The position numbers and the translations under genes were made by a program. 64,000 bases of DNA from Candidatus Omnitrophota bacterium. GTDB taxonomy: Bacteria > Hinthialibacterota > Hinthialibacteria > Hinthialibacterales > JAKPRU01. Under the pieces are notes generated by a model. That model was not told where the DNA came from. It did not search any database and saw nothing but the letters and a program-made list of their open reading frames with translations. Below are positions 62,597 to 64,000 of the stretch, in pieces (within the stretch, counting starts at the first letter, position 1; the number at the start of each line of letters is the position of its first letter). The DNA lies in the NCBI GenBank assembly GCA_029570205.1, contig JAKQSI010000042.1, forward strand, positions 52,936 through 116,935, given 5' to 3'.

Positions 62597-63226
62597 CTAC
62601 TTGCTCGTGATCTTCCCGGCGACGCCCGGACGAGTTCCTTTCCTCCACGGGCACGGCGACAATGCCGCACGCGTCGCCTCCCCGAATGCGCGAAATACCG
62701 ATTCCCACAGGTGGTGCGGATCATCGCCGGCGATCAGATCGATCTGCATCGTGGCCTGTGCCCCCTGGGCAATCCCCCCCAGAAATGCAATCAGGTCCGC
62801 CGAGGCAATATCCTCCGCGCGATCCGCAATCCGCACATCCCCCGGACGAAGGTAAAATCCCACCCGATACTCAAATGAAATCCCCACACGCGCCATCGCC
62901 TCGTCAATCATCCCATAGGCCACTCCGCAGCCGTTCGCTCCCCCTTTCTCAAATACCTGTTCCATTACCTGGCCCAGACATTGCCCCAGGCAGATTCCGC
63001 TGTCCTCGCAGATCACATGGTCCAGACGGTAGCCCGTCAATTCAACCTCCACTTTCGGATTCAGACAGGCCCGCCAGGCCCACTGCTCGATCGCATGATT
63101 CAGAAAATTGATCGGTGTCCGAATTCCGCTCTTCAGCTGCGGGTCCCGTTCGCCGCCGCCCACCGCAATACAAATCCGGCTTTCCTGCGATGTTCGGGTT
63201 CGTGTTACCGGCTCGATATCAACCAT
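62597..63226 (-). CDS. hisB: Imidazoleglycerol-phosphate dehydratase-like protein (divergent)
   Basis: I place the start at MVDIEPV (63226), preceded by GGAGG. The second IGPD signature is intact (GDDPHHLWESVFRAF). The first reads LDHVICEDSGICLGQ instead of D-x-H-H-x2-E. It lies downstream of hisD. Confidence 0.7.
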   Translation of the reverse strand: MVDIEPVTRTRTSQESRICIAVGGGERDPQLKSGIRTPINFLNHAIEQWAWRACLNPKVEVELTGYRLDHVICEDSGICLGQCLGQVMEQVFEKGGANGCGVAYGMIDEAMARVGISFEYRVGFYLRPGDVRIADRAEDIASADLIAFLGGIAQGAQATMQIDLIAGDDPHHLWESVFRAFGEATRAALSPCPWRKGTRPGVAGKITSK

Positions 63227-63309
63227 GTCTGTCCTCCAATCGTTCCCTTCGGTCGATGCAATCTCCAATCTATCCGGGTGGCACGGGCTTCCAGCCTGTG
63301 ATAACAATT

Positions 63310-64000
63310 TCATCTCGCTTTCAATGCCCGCGCGTGAGCCGGGAAGCCCTCAAAATCCGCGAAGGTTTTCACGGTGTCTTTCAACGATTCAAAACCCTCT
63401 TTCGTGACATAACTGATCGAGGTTCGCTTTAGAAAATCATGGACTGTCACCACAGAAGCCGTCTTCGCGCGGCCTCCTGTCGGAAGAATCGCGTTCACCC
63501 CCACCGAGAAATTGCAGAGAGAAATGGGGGTGTATCGGCCCAGCATGATCTCCCCCGCATGTTTCAACTTTCCGAGCAGAGCATGAGGTTCCGAGGTCAG
63601 CGCCTCCAGGTGTTCCGGCGCGTATTCGTTGACAAACTCGCAGGCTTCATCGAGCGTATCGGTCAGGATCACCCCGCCGTAGTTGGTTAAAACACGGGTG
63701 GTGTATTCCTGTTGCTTTTCGGGCAGCTGCGCAATGATTTGCGGTACAATCCGCGCCACTTCCAGGCCGAATTTCTCCACCGGCGTTACCAGAAGCGCTG
63801 CTGAGTATGGCCCGTGTTCCGCCTCAATCAGCAGATCCCCCGCCGCAAGCTCTGCCGAAACGGAATCGTCCGCCAGAATGATTGCCTCGCTGGGACCGGC
63901 AGGTGTCCCCACATCAATCTTTCCATACAGGATTTTCTTCGCCGCCGCGCCGTAAATGTTCATCGGTCCGATCAGTTTGAATACAGGTTTCACACTTTCG
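63310..64000 (-). CDS. hisD: Histidinol dehydrogenase, 3' portion (5' end beyond the window)
   Basis: The frame is open to the window edge. It has GPSEAIILADDS, LLIEAEHGP and a C-terminal DFLKRTSISYVTKEG....V..FADFEGFPAHA. Confidence 0.88.
   Translation of the reverse strand, partial: ESVKPVFKLIGPMNIYGAAAKKILYGKIDVGTPAGPSEAIILADDSVSAELAAGDLLIEAEHGPYSAALLVTPVEKFGLEVARIVPQIIAQLPEKQQEYTTRVLTNYGGVILTDTLDEACEFVNEYAPEHLEALTSEPHALLGKLKHAGEIMLGRYTPISLCNFSVGVNAILPTGGRAKTASVVTVHDFLKRTSISYVTKEGFESLKDTVKTFADFEGFPAHARALKAR

Noticed and set aside
1-64000. CRISPR arrays, rRNA, tRNA, tmRNA, RNase P, SRP or 6S RNA genes
   Set aside because: I saw no regularly spaced direct repeats with unique spacers. I also recognised no tRNA-like cloverleaf segments or conserved SRP/RNase P blocks in the longer spacers (21966-22308, 45624-45946, 46373-46657, 55483-55897). 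This is a by-eye negative and should be confirmed with tRNAscan-SE and Infernal.

Overview
A 64-kb chromosomal segment from a moderately GC-rich bacterium. I support about 50 protein-coding genes, and I saw no rRNA, tRNA or CRISPR array by eye. Most of the window is housekeeping. This includes amino-acid biosynthesis (hisI partial, trpE-trpG, stand-alone trpB2, ilvB-ilvN-ilvC, hisB-hisD partial) and the miaA-hfq-hflX cluster. It also includes truA, rarA, maf, sucC, yebC, tatA, a cysteine desulfurase with an Rrf2 regulator, and transport genes (corA, a DtxR/FeoA regulator with feoB, an MFS transporter, and orphan ABC parts). Several accessory cell-envelope loci are interspersed. (1) A minus-strand cluster at 10350-19662: an unknown signal-peptide/C-terminal-anchor protein, a MacB/FtsX-type ABC permease and ATPase, a 1,727-aa exported giant made of PQQ-type propellers, an embedded methyltransferase fold and a malectin-like module, then a separate exported methyltransferase. 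This is my best candidate for an undescribed system. (2) A 1,247-aa peptidase-C25-like protein translationally coupled to a TPR membrane protein. (3) sucC without sucD, followed by a CgeB-like glycosyltransferase and a sulfatase-like enzyme. (4) A lipoprotein Memo-AMMECR1 fusion. (5) A bacterial PRMT-like arginine methyltransferase homologue. Upstream of ilvBNC there is a clear promoter, a Val/Leu-rich leader peptide and a terminator/antiterminator arrangement, which looks like a classical attenuator. An internally deleted IS remnant with terminal inverted repeats lies at 19676-20489. Intergenic DNA is crowded with several families of short dispersed hairpin repeats. All functional calls come from motif recognition in the supplied translations. 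No database search was run.
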